DNA of 49,023 nucleotides from Bacteroidales bacterium (GCA_018334875.1 JAGXLC010000002.1:1-49023); one strand, 5' to 3'; counted from the stretch's first letter, positions 1-10,620 are shown. Notes: generated by a model not told the origin, from the letters alone. Numbers and translations: made by a program.

Positions 1-2313
1 AGGATCCTGGGGGCCCAGCACGCGATAGCCGAACATTTTCTGCAATTCCTTCTTAAGCAGTTCTGAAGCGTCGTTCAAGACTTCCCGATTCCGGTGTTTG
101 AGCAATATCTTCACCAGCCGGTAGTAAGGGGGATACATAAATTCTTTCCGTTCGCGGAGCTGGCTCTGATACATACCGTAAAAATCATTTTCCAGCACAT
201 TTTTAATAATGCTATGGTTGGGCTGGCTGGTTTGTATGACCACTCTCCCCTGTTTCTTTTTTCGTCCGGCCCGACCGCTCACCTGCGCCATAAGGTGATA
301 ACTACGCTCAAAGGCCCTGAAATCAGGAAAGTTCAGCATGTTATCGGCATTCAGAATGCCTACCACGCTTACATTATCGAAGTCCAAGCCCTTGGAAACC
401 ATCTGGGTTCCCACAAGAATGTCAATCTCATGATTCTCGAAGGAAGCAATGATGTTTTCATAAGCATTCCTGGAACGTGTGGAATCCAAATCCATGCGTT
501 TAACACGGGCATCAGGCAGGAAAAGGGGAATTTCATCCTCCACCTTCTCAGTGCCAAAGCCGCGGGTAGCAATTTGCTGGCTCTCGCAGGCAGGACAGGT
601 TTGAGGTACGCTAACCGAATATCCGCAATAATGGCAAATCAGATTATTGGAACGGCGGTGATAGGTCAGGCTCACATCACAATGCTTGCACTCGGGAATC
701 CAGCCGCACTGTTCGCATTGCATGTAAGGAGAAAAACCCCTTCTGTTCTGGAAGAGAATGATCTGTTCGTTGTTTTTCAGGGCCTCATCCATGTTTTCAA
801 TCAACGTTGGGGTAAAATGGGAGCTCATCTCCTTTTTTTTCTTGGCTTCCAGTATATCGCCAATAAGTATCTGTGGTAACTGAATATCAAGATAGCGGGT
901 CATCAGTTCCACCAATCCATATTTTCCCCTTTTTGCATTGTAATAGCTTTCTATGGAGGGAGTAGCCGTACCCAGAAGGGTTTTCGCCCCGTGCATCCGG
1001 GCCAGCATGATGGCGGCATCACGGGCATGGTAACGCGGAGCAGGATCAAATTGCTTGTAGGTATTTTCGTGCTCCTCATCTACAATCACCAAGCCAAGCT
1101 TTGAGAAAGGCAGAAAAATTGAAGAGCGGACCCCAAGGATCACCCGGAACTTGTCTGTTTCATGCTGATTAAGCAGTTTCTGATAAACCTCTACCCTTTC
1201 GTTGTCGGGAAACTTTGAATGATATACCCCCACCTGCTCCCCAAATACAGCCTTCAGCCTGTGGATGATCTGGGAAGTCAGTGCAATCTCAGGCAAAAGA
1301 TACAATACCTGGTTCCCTTTCTTAAGTTGTTCCCTAATCAGATGAATGTATATTTCTGTTTTCCCGCTGGAAGTAATACCATGCAACAAGGCAACCTCCT
1401 TTTCCTCAAACCCCCTTTGAATTTGGTCATAGGCTTCTTGTTGGGCAGAGGTCAGATCTTTTATTCCACCCTGTTTATGATTTCCTTCCCCGATCCGGCT
1501 TATCTCCCGATCTTCCTGAATTACAACACCTTTGTCAATCAAACCCTTCAGGGGAGACGTGCCGCCGGAAGTCTCCTTAAGCAATTTTTGCCGTGGAACA
1601 AAGCCATCTGAATCATTGCCCTGATTCCTCAATAATTTGATCAGATACATCAGAATTTCAACCTGTTTGGGTGCATTCTTGAGCTGTTTAAACGTCTGAT
1701 TCAGCATTTGTTCATCTTCCGGGCCAAAGTTCAGCTTCACGAAGCTTTCCTTTCTGGGTTTGTAGGCATCTTTCAGTTTCTCCTCAACAGTGAGGGCCTG
1801 CTTGTTCATCAGGGAATTGACAATGGGCAACACATCCTTTCTTCCGGTTTTATCGGCCAGTTCTTTCAATCCAAGCACATTCTCATCCTTAAGCACATCG
1901 AGTATCAATGCCTCTTTTTCTGTCAGCGAAGCAGCATGCTCATCGAAAGCAGGCTGATAAACCACCTTTGTCTCACTTTCAAGCTTCAGCCCGGAAGGCA
2001 GGGAGGCCTTGTAAACTTCACCCAAAGTACACATGTAATATTGAGCCATCCATTCCCACAACCGCATCTGAAAGGAATTGATCACCGGCTGATCGTCCAG
2101 AACCGTTTGCACAGGTTTGGTTTTATATTCCTTTGGTTCATCATAATGCACCCTGTAAATGATGGCGGAATAGTACTTTCGTCTCCCAAACTGTACAATC
2201 ACTCTTTTACCGGGTTCTACCCGTCCAGCGTGACCGGAATCCACATGGTAAGTAAAGGCACCGGGTAGTGCCAGAGGGAGAAGAACATCAACGTATAAAC
2301 CGGATTTTGCCAT
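1..2313 (-). CDS. priA: Primosomal protein N' / replication-restart helicase PriA, C-terminal end cut by the window edge
   Basis: Open-ended reverse-strand ORF, absent from the track. Hand translation from ATG 2313-2311 reads MAKSGLYVDVLLPLALPGAFTYHVDSGHAGRVEPGKRVIVQFGRRKYYSAIIY. The same frame re-checked at 750-700 gives QNRRGFSPYMQCEQCGW (PriA Cys-rich zinc region). Track ORFs 94-879, 1219-1611 and 1708-2268 (+) are antisense shadows. Confidence 0.85.
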   Translation of the reverse strand, partial: MAKSGLYVDVLLPLALPGAFTYHVDSGHAGRVEPGKRVIVQFGRRKYYSAIIYRVHYDEPKEYKTKPVQTVLDDQPVINSFQMRLWEWMAQYYMCTLGEVYKASLPSGLKLESETKVVYQPAFDEHAASLTEKEALILDVLKDENVLGLKELADKTGRKDVLPIVNSLMNKQALTVEEKLKDAYKPRKESFVKLNFGPEDEQMLNQTFKQLKNAPKQVEILMYLIKLLRNQGNDSDGFVPRQKLLKETSGGTSPLKGLIDKGVVIQEDREISRIGEGNHKQGGIKDLTSAQQEAYDQIQRGFEEKEVALLHGITSSGKTEIYIHLIREQLKKGNQVLYLLPEIALTSQIIHRLKAVFGEQVGVYHSKFPDNERVEVYQKLLNQHETDKFRVILGVRSSIFLPFSKLGLVIVDEEHENTYKQFDPAPRYHARDAAIMLARMHGAKTLLGTATPSIESYYNAKRGKYGLVELMTRYLDIQLPQILIGDILEAKKKKEMSSHFTPTLIENMDEALKNNEQIILFQNRRGFSPYMQCEQCGWIPECKHCDVSLTYHRRSNNLICHYCGYSVSVPQTCPACESQQIATRGFGTEKVEDEIPLFLPDARVKRMDLDSTRSRNAYENIIASFENHEIDILVGTQMVSKGLDFDNVSVVGILNADNMLNFPDFRAFERSYHLMAQVSGRAGRKKKQGRVVIQTSQPNHSIIKNVLENDFYGMYQSQLRERKEFMYPPYYRLVKILLKHRNREVLNDASELLKKELQKMFGYRVLGPQDP

Positions 2314-2332
2314 AAACTTTCAAGCTGCCCTC

Positions 2333-3313
2333 TTAAATAGATAGTATCTCCTGCAGATCCAGTAAATTTCTGTTTACATCTTTCTGATGTTTGATGGTTT
2401 TATTGAAAGGCACATGAACAATTTGCCGGTTCATCAAACCCACCATAACACTTTTCTGGTCATCCATCAAAGCGTCAACGGCAGCAGCTCCCATTTGACT
2501 TGCAATCACACGGTCAAAAGCCGAAGGGGGCCCTCCGCGCTGAATGTGACCTAAAACCGTGACCCTGATATCAAACCCTTTGAAATCTTCCCTGACCTGT
2601 TCGGCTACCTCGAAAGCGCCGCCGGTTTCATCCCCTTCAGCCACCAATACGATGTTGGTCAGCTTTTTCCGTTTATAATATTTGGCCAGGTGTTCTTTCA
2701 GATTGGTGGTATCGTAATTGATCTCGGGTATCAGGATGGCTTCTGCACCGGTTGCAATTCCTCCTCTCAGGGCAAGAAATCCGGCATCACGCCCCATTAC
2801 CTCAATAAAAAACAAACGGTCGTGCGAACTGGCTGTGTCCCTGATCTTATCAACAGATTCCACAATTGTATTCAGCGCGGTATCATAACCAATGGTATAA
2901 TCCGCACCATACAGGTCGTTATCAATGGTTCCCGGTATGCCTACAAAAGGTATATTAAACTCTTCCGTAAACACCCTGGCGCCTCTGAAGCTACCGTCGC
3001 CTCCAATAACCACAACTCCATCAATGTTCTCCTGTTTAAGATTTTCGTAGGCCTTTTTCCGTCCTTCTTCCGTTTTAAACTCTTCGCTCCGGGCTGATTT
3101 AAGTATTGTACCTCCCCGCTGAATGATATCACCGACCATATAAGATTCCAATTCCATAAACTGCCCCATAATCATGCCCTGATAACCATTCTTTATACCA
3201 ACCACACTTATTTCATGATACAGTGCTGTTCTGGTAACTGCCCGTATGGCAGCATTCATTCCGGGGGCATCTCCGCCGGAGGTCAATACACCTATTTTTC
3301 TGAATTTAGTCAT
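2333..3313 (-). CDS. pfkA: ATP-dependent 6-phosphofructokinase
   Basis: 326 aa. Motifs GVLTSGGDAPGMNAAIR, VIGGDGSFRGA and GIPGTIDND give the Gly/Gly signature of ATP-PFKs. Confidence 0.93.
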   Translation of the reverse strand: MTKFRKIGVLTSGGDAPGMNAAIRAVTRTALYHEISVVGIKNGYQGMIMGQFMELESYMVGDIIQRGGTILKSARSEEFKTEEGRKKAYENLKQENIDGVVVIGGDGSFRGARVFTEEFNIPFVGIPGTIDNDLYGADYTIGYDTALNTIVESVDKIRDTASSHDRLFFIEVMGRDAGFLALRGGIATGAEAILIPEINYDTTNLKEHLAKYYKRKKLTNIVLVAEGDETGGAFEVAEQVREDFKGFDIRVTVLGHIQRGGPPSAFDRVIASQMGAAAVDALMDDQKSVMVGLMNRQIVHVPFNKTIKHQKDVNRNLLDLQEILSI

Positions 3314-3457
3314 AATTTAAATCCTTATATGCTTCAAATAAGATACAAAAATACAATCACCATCTGGTATATCTGCATATTTTGCGTGAAAAAACGCTTA
3401 GAGATACATTCAATTATATCTCCGTACAACTTTAACAGGGGCTAAACAGAACTTAAA

Positions 3458-4183
3458 TCACCCATCGCCAGTTGTTCCGGTAATTCCTGTTTTGCTTCTT
3501 ACAATCTCAAGGGCATTTGCCAGTTGTTCTTCCCTGGTAAGATGGCTGTTATCCAACAACACAGCATCCCGGGCTTTCCTCAGAGGACTTTCATCCCGAT
3601 TCTCATCCATGTAATCTCTTTCCCTGACATTTTGGAATACTTCATCCCAGTTCACCTCATACCCTTTTTCTTTAAGCTCATCAAAACGCCTTTGAGCTTT
3701 CACCCCTGATGAGGCGGTAAGAAATATTTTTACATCGGCATCAGGAAAAACTACCGTGCCAATATCCCGTCCATCCATGACCAACCCTCCTTCTTCGGCA
3801 AAAGCCCTTTGCTTTTCCACCATTTTTTCCCTGACAAATTTCACCTGACTGATCTGACTCACTGCCTTGTTGACTTCCATTGTCCGTATCAACTGCTCCA
3901 CATTTTCTCCGTTCAGCATGGTTGACTGCTCCCCGGACTTTTCATCAACATGAAAATCTATATCAATAAAAGGGAGCGCCTCTTTCAGCCTGTCTTCATC
4001 CACTATTTCTTTCCGGGGATCATAGAGGCCGTTTCTCAGGGAATAAAGCGTTACAGCACGGTACATGGCACCACTGTCTATATATTTAATCCGGAAATGG
4101 CGGGCCAGATCCCTGGCCAGTGTGCTCTTACCCGTTGACGAATACCCGTCCACCGCTATGATTAATCTTTGCACCGTTATCAT
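3458..4183 (-). CDS. cmk: Cytidylate kinase
   Basis: P-loop IAVDGYSSTGKST and YIDSGAMYRAVT. The track ORF starts at TTG 4189; the first ATG is at 4183. Confidence 0.9.
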   Translation of the reverse strand: MITVQRLIIAVDGYSSTGKSTLARDLARHFRIKYIDSGAMYRAVTLYSLRNGLYDPRKEIVDEDRLKEALPFIDIDFHVDEKSGEQSTMLNGENVEQLIRTMEVNKAVSQISQVKFVREKMVEKQRAFAEEGGLVMDGRDIGTVVFPDADVKIFLTASSGVKAQRRFDELKEKGYEVNWDEVFQNVRERDYMDENRDESPLRKARDAVLLDNSHLTREEQLANALEIVRSKTGITGTTGDG

Positions 4184-4192
4184 AAACAATAT

Positions 4193-5221
4193 TTAAAACT
4201 CATTCAAATTGATTCTAACTGAGAAATGACTCGTTCCTCCTGCGAGATGATAGGTACCGCGGCCGTAATTCAGATAAAATTTGTATATCCGGATTCCAAA
4301 TCCCCAGGAAAATCCAACGGTAGAAATCTTTGATTCTACCTTCATCTCTTGTCTTCTGCGATAATGGTAACCTCCCCTGATATAAAAATTCTCCACCGGA
4401 GTAAGTTCGACTCCAAATATCATGTGGCGCATCACCTTATCCAAAAAGCTTACATCCTGCCGACCACCCTGATAATAGGTATATATAAGCCTCGTTTTAT
4501 CGGGTCTTTGAAAAGTCAAATCAGGTTTTTCAAGATGCTCAGCTACAACAATAAAACGAAACGGAGCATGTTTCAATTTTAAAGAGGCTCCGATCTGTAT
4601 TTCAAAAGGAAGGCTCTCGTATTGATTAGAGGTATAGGGGATAATCTGGGTGCCTAAATTCTCCAAAACCAGAGCTGCGGAGAACAGGCCGGCTGAGTCG
4701 GTATACAAAAGGCCTATATCGGCAGCTACTCCAAAAGATCTGTACTCATCAAGGTGGGAATATACGGGTTTTAGATGTACCCCCACTGTAAAATTTGAAT
4801 CCAGAGGGCGACTCGCAGTCAAATTCAATGCATATTCCGAAGCGCGAAATGTACCTGTTTTGATCCCCTCTTCATCAGCACCCTGAAATTCACCATAATT
4901 TAAATAATGCAGACCGGTGGAAACATTATATCTATTGATTTTTCCGGGAGAATAGGCCACATACCCATAATTGATCCCGCCAAAATAATTCACATAGTTC
5001 ATGCCCAGATGATGTTCCATATTGCCGCTAAGTAAAGCCGGATTATAGTAAACAAGATTCAGGTCATCATCATTAATGGCAATGCTTTTGGTACCCAAAG
5101 CCATGGCACGTGCAGAAGTGGTGAGATTCAGAAAACCGTAGGTGGTACCTCCTCCCACCTGTGCATTGGTGCTCAGCGAAAACAACAACAACGGCACAAA
5201 GAGAATATTGCGCATGATCAT
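4193..5221 (-). CDS. porQ: Type IX secretion system outer-membrane protein PorQ
   Basis: 342 aa with a signal peptide, then GGGTTYGFLNLTTSARAMALG...NPALL, and beta-barrel-like alternating hydrophobicity typical of the PorQ family. The start forms an ATGA overlap with the upstream gene's stop. Confidence 0.7.
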   Translation of the reverse strand: MIMRNILFVPLLLFSLSTNAQVGGGTTYGFLNLTTSARAMALGTKSIAINDDDLNLVYYNPALLSGNMEHHLGMNYVNYFGGINYGYVAYSPGKINRYNVSTGLHYLNYGEFQGADEEGIKTGTFRASEYALNLTASRPLDSNFTVGVHLKPVYSHLDEYRSFGVAADIGLLYTDSAGLFSAALVLENLGTQIIPYTSNQYESLPFEIQIGASLKLKHAPFRFIVVAEHLEKPDLTFQRPDKTRLIYTYYQGGRQDVSFLDKVMRHMIFGVELTPVENFYIRGGYHYRRRQEMKVESKISTVGFSWGFGIRIYKFYLNYGRGTYHLAGGTSHFSVRINLNEF

Positions 5222-7425
5222 TCAGACGTTTCTTTTTCCGTCATACTGAAGTTAGTGAGATGGTCTGTGACGGAAAAATCATATTCCGGATATTCATATA
5301 TGGGGATTCTTTCTTCTGTCTCCCCAAGAGAATAACCCCAAATGCTCTCATATTCATTGATATCCTCGCCCATATCTTCCAACTGCTGCATATAATCAGA
5401 TATCGCCTTGGATTCAACAATTGTTATGCTGCCCATCTTATCGATTACAGGACTGTGTCTCCGGGTATGGTCGTGATCAAAGCTTAATATTCTTCTACCT
5501 TGCCGGGTTATTCCCACAGTTCGGAAAGTTAAGCTTTTACCCACACCGGGCATATTCAGTACATTTCGGTCGGTGCCGATAAAAGGAGCATCTTCATCTT
5601 CGAGTAAAACCCGAATGGAACGCTTAATGTCAGAAGCTTTCTCAGTGAATTTCTTGATTTTGCGGTAATTCCGGTAGGAAACTTCACCAATCGCCTTCTC
5701 TTCAATTTGTTCCTGTATGGAACGGGCATTGGTGGCAAAATTGTGGTAGTTTTCCATAAAACCCTTCACGGAAAATGTATAATAAGGCAACACCCCGATC
5801 TCACTGAGTACTTTGCGCAACTTTGCCGTATGGCCTCTTCTGGAAGCGGCAGCGGTGAATACCTGCTGATTGGTAACAATCCATCCGGCTGAAATAAGCT
5901 TCTCCACAGCCTTTTTTGCTTCGGGAGTCACTTCCATGGCCGTCTCAAAATGGGTTTGGATAACAAACTGTTTGATTCCAATTTTTGAGGCCTTTTCCTT
6001 GAATTCAGACAATACTTCAATCAGTGAACCGTCAATTCTTTGAGGCATATAAATAGGCAGACGGGTTCCCAGTCTCACCCTTACCATCTCAGCATATTTA
6101 TCTCCGTCGGCTCTTGATTTATTGTCTTCCTTTTTTTGCAATGCCATATCATATACCGCATCCAGGATTCTTTTCAGGGATTTATCGGCACTCATCAGGG
6201 CATCCCCTCCAGTTATAAGAATATCTCTCAATTGAGCATCCTTACGAAAATAATCCATTAATATTTGCAGCTTATCGGGCCATGTTTCCCCGGGTTTTAA
6301 TTTATCCAGGTTGAAATTAAGGTTTCCCCGCTGGAAGTCATACATCCTCTGACAGGAAGCGCATAAACCTCCGCATGCCCTACCCATGGAATCGGGAATC
6401 AAAATGGCGACATCCGGGTACCGGCGATGGATATTATGTCCTTCAGGCAGCAGCCATCCGGCGACATTCGGCTTACCCGGCTCTACAATATCTTCCTTCT
6501 CCCATGCAACAATATGGCCAAACTCCTTGACAAGCTGCCTGCTGTAAATCACATAATCTCTGATTGCCTGATCGGCTCCGATAAACTTTGGGTTTGCCCT
6601 TGTATCCAATAAAGATAAATAGTAAGGATTGACAAAAAAGGGAATACCTGCCTCCCGTGCCTGATAAAGAATATCCATTGTATCCGGATCGAGGGAATGA
6701 TCCAGCATCTCATTCAACAGTTCAGGTGAGCGAATGGCCATCTTAAGGTGGAATAATTTTGAACTCCACCATTCCTGCATCTTATTTAATTTTTTTTCAT
6801 GGCTCCAGGATGGGTCCAAATCGAGGAAGGAGCCATTCATCTCTCCTTCGTCTATCTTGCGGATAAAAGTATTAAGTATCCGATCTCTGTTTTCCCGTCT
6901 GATTTCAACAATTTCAGGATCCAGGCCCGAAGGATGGCGCTCCATCCATTCCATTATCCGCTGCTTATCTGGGAATTCCCTGTGACTTTTCCCGTTTATC
7001 TGCCTGAAAAGATGCAACATATCCGTGAAAAAAGGAGGTTTGCCACCACCTTTACCCTGTGTCGCAGCCAGCCACAAAATGCGGATGGGATGATTGTAGT
7101 ACCTTTCTCCTCTGAGATTGGGATCATCATATTCCATTCCTTCATGATCAATATAATCCAGTATCCGGATCGCCCCGTACTCCTTCCACTTGAATTTTTT
7201 GAAGGCATCCCTCCCGCTTATCTCGTTGGAATAATATTTTAATGCAATGGAATTATCATCTATCTGATCCAGGATCCATTTTCTCAGAGCCGCATACACT
7301 TCCTTTTCATCATCAGAGCCGGTTAATATATGACGTATATCCGGGTTTTCATCAAGAATCTGCGCCAATATGCGTTCCGATTTGGGATCGATTTTTACAC
7401 TTTCAAATGTGTTTTGATTGCTCAT
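5218..7425 (-). CDS. KamA-family (lysine 2,3-aminomutase-like) radical SAM protein, long form
   Basis: 735 aa. CGGLCASCQR is the CX3CX2C radical-SAM cluster motif in a KamA-like context (ILITGGDALM follows). About 350 aa precede the cluster motif. Confidence 0.8.
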   Translation of the reverse strand: MSNQNTFESVKIDPKSERILAQILDENPDIRHILTGSDDEKEVYAALRKWILDQIDDNSIALKYYSNEISGRDAFKKFKWKEYGAIRILDYIDHEGMEYDDPNLRGERYYNHPIRILWLAATQGKGGGKPPFFTDMLHLFRQINGKSHREFPDKQRIMEWMERHPSGLDPEIVEIRRENRDRILNTFIRKIDEGEMNGSFLDLDPSWSHEKKLNKMQEWWSSKLFHLKMAIRSPELLNEMLDHSLDPDTMDILYQAREAGIPFFVNPYYLSLLDTRANPKFIGADQAIRDYVIYSRQLVKEFGHIVAWEKEDIVEPGKPNVAGWLLPEGHNIHRRYPDVAILIPDSMGRACGGLCASCQRMYDFQRGNLNFNLDKLKPGETWPDKLQILMDYFRKDAQLRDILITGGDALMSADKSLKRILDAVYDMALQKKEDNKSRADGDKYAEMVRVRLGTRLPIYMPQRIDGSLIEVLSEFKEKASKIGIKQFVIQTHFETAMEVTPEAKKAVEKLISAGWIVTNQQVFTAAASRRGHTAKLRKVLSEIGVLPYYTFSVKGFMENYHNFATNARSIQEQIEEKAIGEVSYRNYRKIKKFTEKASDIKRSIRVLLEDEDAPFIGTDRNVLNMPGVGKSLTFRTVGITRQGRRILSFDHDHTRRHSPVIDKMGSITIVESKAISDYMQQLEDMGEDINEYESIWGYSLGETEERIPIYEYPEYDFSVTDHLTNFSMTEKETSE

Positions 7426-7500
7426 GCTATATCATTTATTCAAAATACACACGTTGGTAAATGTTCAAAATTAAAAAAAAATGACACCTGTAAAAAAACG

Positions 7501-8112
7501 TTATTTCCCTGAATTACAAGAATAACAGATACTGATGCCGTATTGTTTCTTTACATGTTCTATAAGTTGAGGGAAAAATAAGAAAAAGTTGTTGTTGAAA
7601 ATTTTATAATGTTCGGATAAAATATTCATGGCATCATCGGTTTTATCGGGCAGTGATGTATGTTGCGCCATAATTTTGAGGGCTTTTTTTACCCCCTCCA
7701 TTTCTCCGTATGAAAGGAGCCTTTTCCGCTCAATCATCCTGGGAACAAAAGATTGTACCGGGGCAGGTAAAATCTGAAATTTATTCCGAAGCACCTGATG
7801 AAAGTGCTCCACAAACGCTTCAAGAGATGTAGCCGAAAATTGAGACCAGTTAGTGGTCAGAAAATGATCATAGAAAATATCCACCACTATACCCGAATAT
7901 TTATGATAGATGGGCCGCAGGAGCTTCTTAACCTTTTTCGGTCTGCTGTGGTGATCGGTAAAACTGTCTATAGCTCTGTGCAAAAGAATACCTTTTTGTA
8001 AAGGCTCACGATAATCCAAATATCTTTTACCTTTGACATAATCTCCCATAAAATTACCGATCTTCACCAGATCGTCCTCGCCGGACAAATAAATATGTGC
8101 CAGTAAATTCAT
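7501..8112 (-). CDS. acpH: Acyl carrier protein phosphodiesterase (AcpH family)
   Basis: N-terminus MNLLAHIYLSG...FMGDYVKG...LHRAIDSFTDHH...DIFYDHFL parallels E. coli AcpH MNFLAHLHLA...HRRID..TD...DHFL. Confidence 0.8.
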   Translation of the reverse strand: MNLLAHIYLSGEDDLVKIGNFMGDYVKGKRYLDYREPLQKGILLHRAIDSFTDHHSRPKKVKKLLRPIYHKYSGIVVDIFYDHFLTTNWSQFSATSLEAFVEHFHQVLRNKFQILPAPVQSFVPRMIERKRLLSYGEMEGVKKALKIMAQHTSLPDKTDDAMNILSEHYKIFNNNFFLFFPQLIEHVKKQYGISICYSCNSGK

Positions 8113-8424
8113 AATGTTCCATTAATATAGACTTATCAGACCAATTTTTAGTATAAATTGTCTGACTAAATTTTTACCCGAATTATTCCAAAAATAATAA
8201 AGAAAGGGGCATTTCCTGAAAAAACCAGAATAACAGTCAGCCATCTATATGTTATTAAACATTCACTGGGCGTAAACCCCCTGTCAATTCAGAAAGACCT
8301 TAAGAATTGGCTTCATTGTAGCGGGTTTAAAGAGCCAGTACATATGGCTATATTTTCAGGGAATGATATAAATTTGCCGGAACGAATCAAATTCAATAAT
8401 CATTATTTCAAAAAAGATATCATT

Positions 8425-9765
8425 ATGGCAAAAAGAAATGTAATCATTCTTGGAGCAGCAGGAAGGGATTTTCACAATTTTAACACATACTTCCGCGGAA
8501 ACAGCGATTTTAATGTAGTAGCCTTTACCGCAACACAGATTCCCGATATTGAGGGAAGAAAATATCCTGCCAGCCTGGCCGGAGAAGCGTTATATCCTGA
8601 TGGAATTCCCATTTATGCGGAAGAAGATTTGCCAAAATTAATTCAAGATTTGAAGGTTGACGACTGCGTATTTTCATACAGCGATGTACCTTACCAACAT
8701 GTTATGAGCGTTAGCTCAATTGTTCACAATGCAGGAGCGAATTTCATGCTGCTGGGCCCAAAGGACACCATGATCAGGAGCACCAAACCGGTTATATCAG
8801 TAGGTGCTGTAAGAACAGGCTGTGGCAAGAGCCAGACATCAAGAAAGGTAATTGAAACATTAATGGCAAAAGGATTAAAAGTTGTAGCCATTCGTCATCC
8901 CATGCCTTATGGTGATCTGGAGAAACAAAAGGTACAAAGATTTGCAGAACTTGAAGATCTCGGGAAACATGAATGCACCATCGAAGAAATGGAGGAATAC
9001 GAACCGCATATTGTAAGGGGAAATGTGATATATGCAGGGGTTGACTATGAAGCCATTTTAAGGGAAGCGGAAAATGACCCCAAAGGTTGTGACGTAATAC
9101 TCTGGGATGGAGGAAACAATGATTTTCCATTTTATCAGGCAGACCTGAATATTACGGTAGCCGATCCTCACCGGGCTGGCCACGAGCTCAATTATTTTCC
9201 CGGTGAAGTCAATCTGCGGCTGGCTGATGTAGTAATAATCAACAAAATAGACAGTTCCAATCCACAGGATGTACAAACCGTAAGAGACAACACCGCCAGG
9301 GTTAACCCCAATGCTACCGTCGTCGATGGAGCTTCACCGATCCGCGTAGAGGATCCTTCCGTTATCAGGGGAAAGCGCGTATTGGTGGTAGAAGATGGGC
9401 CAACACTAACGCACGGAGAGATGAAAATCGGGGCAGGTACTGTTGCCGCCCGAAAATTCGGAGCTTCTGAAATTATCGATCCAAGACCATACACAGTTGG
9501 GAGATTGAAGGAAACCTTCCGTAAATATCCGGGGATAGGTGCATTGCTTCCAGCTATGGGGTACGGAAAAGAACAAATCAAAGACCTTGAAAAAACAATC
9601 AACAACACGGATTGTGATTCGGTGGTCATTGGTACCCCTATTGATCTTAACCGGCTAATAACCATAAGGAAACCCAATACCCGGGTATATTATGACCTGG
9701 ATGAGATTGGCAAGCCTGATCTGGACGATATTCTGGAGGAGTTCATGCAGAAAAATAATTTGTAG
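8425..9765 (+). CDS. COG2403-type predicted GTPase / cyclic 2,3-diphosphoglycerate synthetase-like protein
   Basis: MAKRNVIILGAAGRDFHNFN N-terminus and a P-loop-like GAVRTGCGKSQTS. The start is moved to ATG 8425 (the track ORF begins at 8344). Confidence 0.65.
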   Translation: MAKRNVIILGAAGRDFHNFNTYFRGNSDFNVVAFTATQIPDIEGRKYPASLAGEALYPDGIPIYAEEDLPKLIQDLKVDDCVFSYSDVPYQHVMSVSSIVHNAGANFMLLGPKDTMIRSTKPVISVGAVRTGCGKSQTSRKVIETLMAKGLKVVAIRHPMPYGDLEKQKVQRFAELEDLGKHECTIEEMEEYEPHIVRGNVIYAGVDYEAILREAENDPKGCDVILWDGGNNDFPFYQADLNITVADPHRAGHELNYFPGEVNLRLADVVIINKIDSSNPQDVQTVRDNTARVNPNATVVDGASPIRVEDPSVIRGKRVLVVEDGPTLTHGEMKIGAGTVAARKFGASEIIDPRPYTVGRLKETFRKYPGIGALLPAMGYGKEQIKDLEKTINNTDCDSVVIGTPIDLNRLITIRKPNTRVYYDLDEIGKPDLDDILEEFMQKNNL

Positions 9766-9792
9766 AAACACTGCTCCTCTCTAATAAACCAA

Positions 9793-9826
9793 AAAAGCGG
9801 CTTTTTAAATTAAAGCCGCTTTTTTT
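9793..9826 (+). terminator. Rho-independent terminator after the COG2403 gene
   Basis: AAAAGCGGCTTT / AAAGCCGCTTTT 12-bp stem, 7-nt loop, then a T-run. Confidence 0.7.
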
Positions 9827-9913
9827 GGCACAATTTTTTCATTTGATTGATCAGATTCTTTGAATTTCATACGATAAAAATTTATTTTTGTAAGACCCCA
9901 AAGCAACAAAGAA

Positions 9914-10573
9914 ATGAAAGCTTATTGTTTTAAAATAACACTGCTCCTTTTGCTTTTCATGATTCCGGTGTATCTGTTTTCTCAGGACACAACCAACACT
10001 TCCCCTGATACACTAAAACAAAGCACAGATTCTTCGGAAACGAAAGACAACAAATTCACAGAAGAAGAAAAAAAACAACGTGCCGATACTATACAAATGT
10101 TTGAAGATGACCCGATGTACGTAAATGTGCTAAAGATAACTTACGACAGCATTATTTACACTGAGGTAGGGGATAGTGATCTAAGGAGACTAGGCAAGGA
10201 CAGGGTGCATAAGATCATTTACAACTGGGGCCGGGTAGAAACGCTTAATGAATCTCCTCCAAAATATCCGGGAAGGTATAATTGGAGGAAGGTCAAGATA
10301 CTCAAAAACAAAAATAATACTCAGGGGCTTTATAAGGTAAAAGAAATACAGGCTAAGGTAGAAGGCTCAAGCAGGGGGTACGATACACCCAAATCACTAG
10401 AAATGAGGGCGGAAACTATACTTAAGAAAAAGGCAGCCAATATCAACGCCCAATTTGTCCTAATAACCAATAAAAACATTACCATTGCCTTTGGAGAATT
10501 ACCCAGTGCTACGTTCAAAGGAATTGCCTATAGTAAAGACAAAAAAGTAAGCCAAAACGGGGAAGAAGAATAG
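9914..10573 (+). CDS. Hypothetical secreted protein
   Basis: 219 aa with an N-terminal signal peptide (ITLLLLLFMIPVYLFSQ) and a low-complexity S/T/E/K linker. No motif recognised. Confidence 0.55.
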   Translation: MKAYCFKITLLLLLFMIPVYLFSQDTTNTSPDTLKQSTDSSETKDNKFTEEEKKQRADTIQMFEDDPMYVNVLKITYDSIIYTEVGDSDLRRLGKDRVHKIIYNWGRVETLNESPPKYPGRYNWRKVKILKNKNNTQGLYKVKEIQAKVEGSSRGYDTPKSLEMRAETILKKKAANINAQFVLITNKNITIAFGELPSATFKGIAYSKDKKVSQNGEEE

Positions 10574-10620
10574 CATTTTTCCCGATTCGCTTTCTAACCC
10601 AAATCATTCAAGAATAATTC

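Noticed and set aside
94-2268. Three sizeable + strand ORFs (94-879, 1219-1611, 1708-2268) at the left edge
   Set aside because: They lie antisense to a continuous reverse-strand reading frame that translates into clear PriA sequence. Their own products are low-complexity with no motifs.
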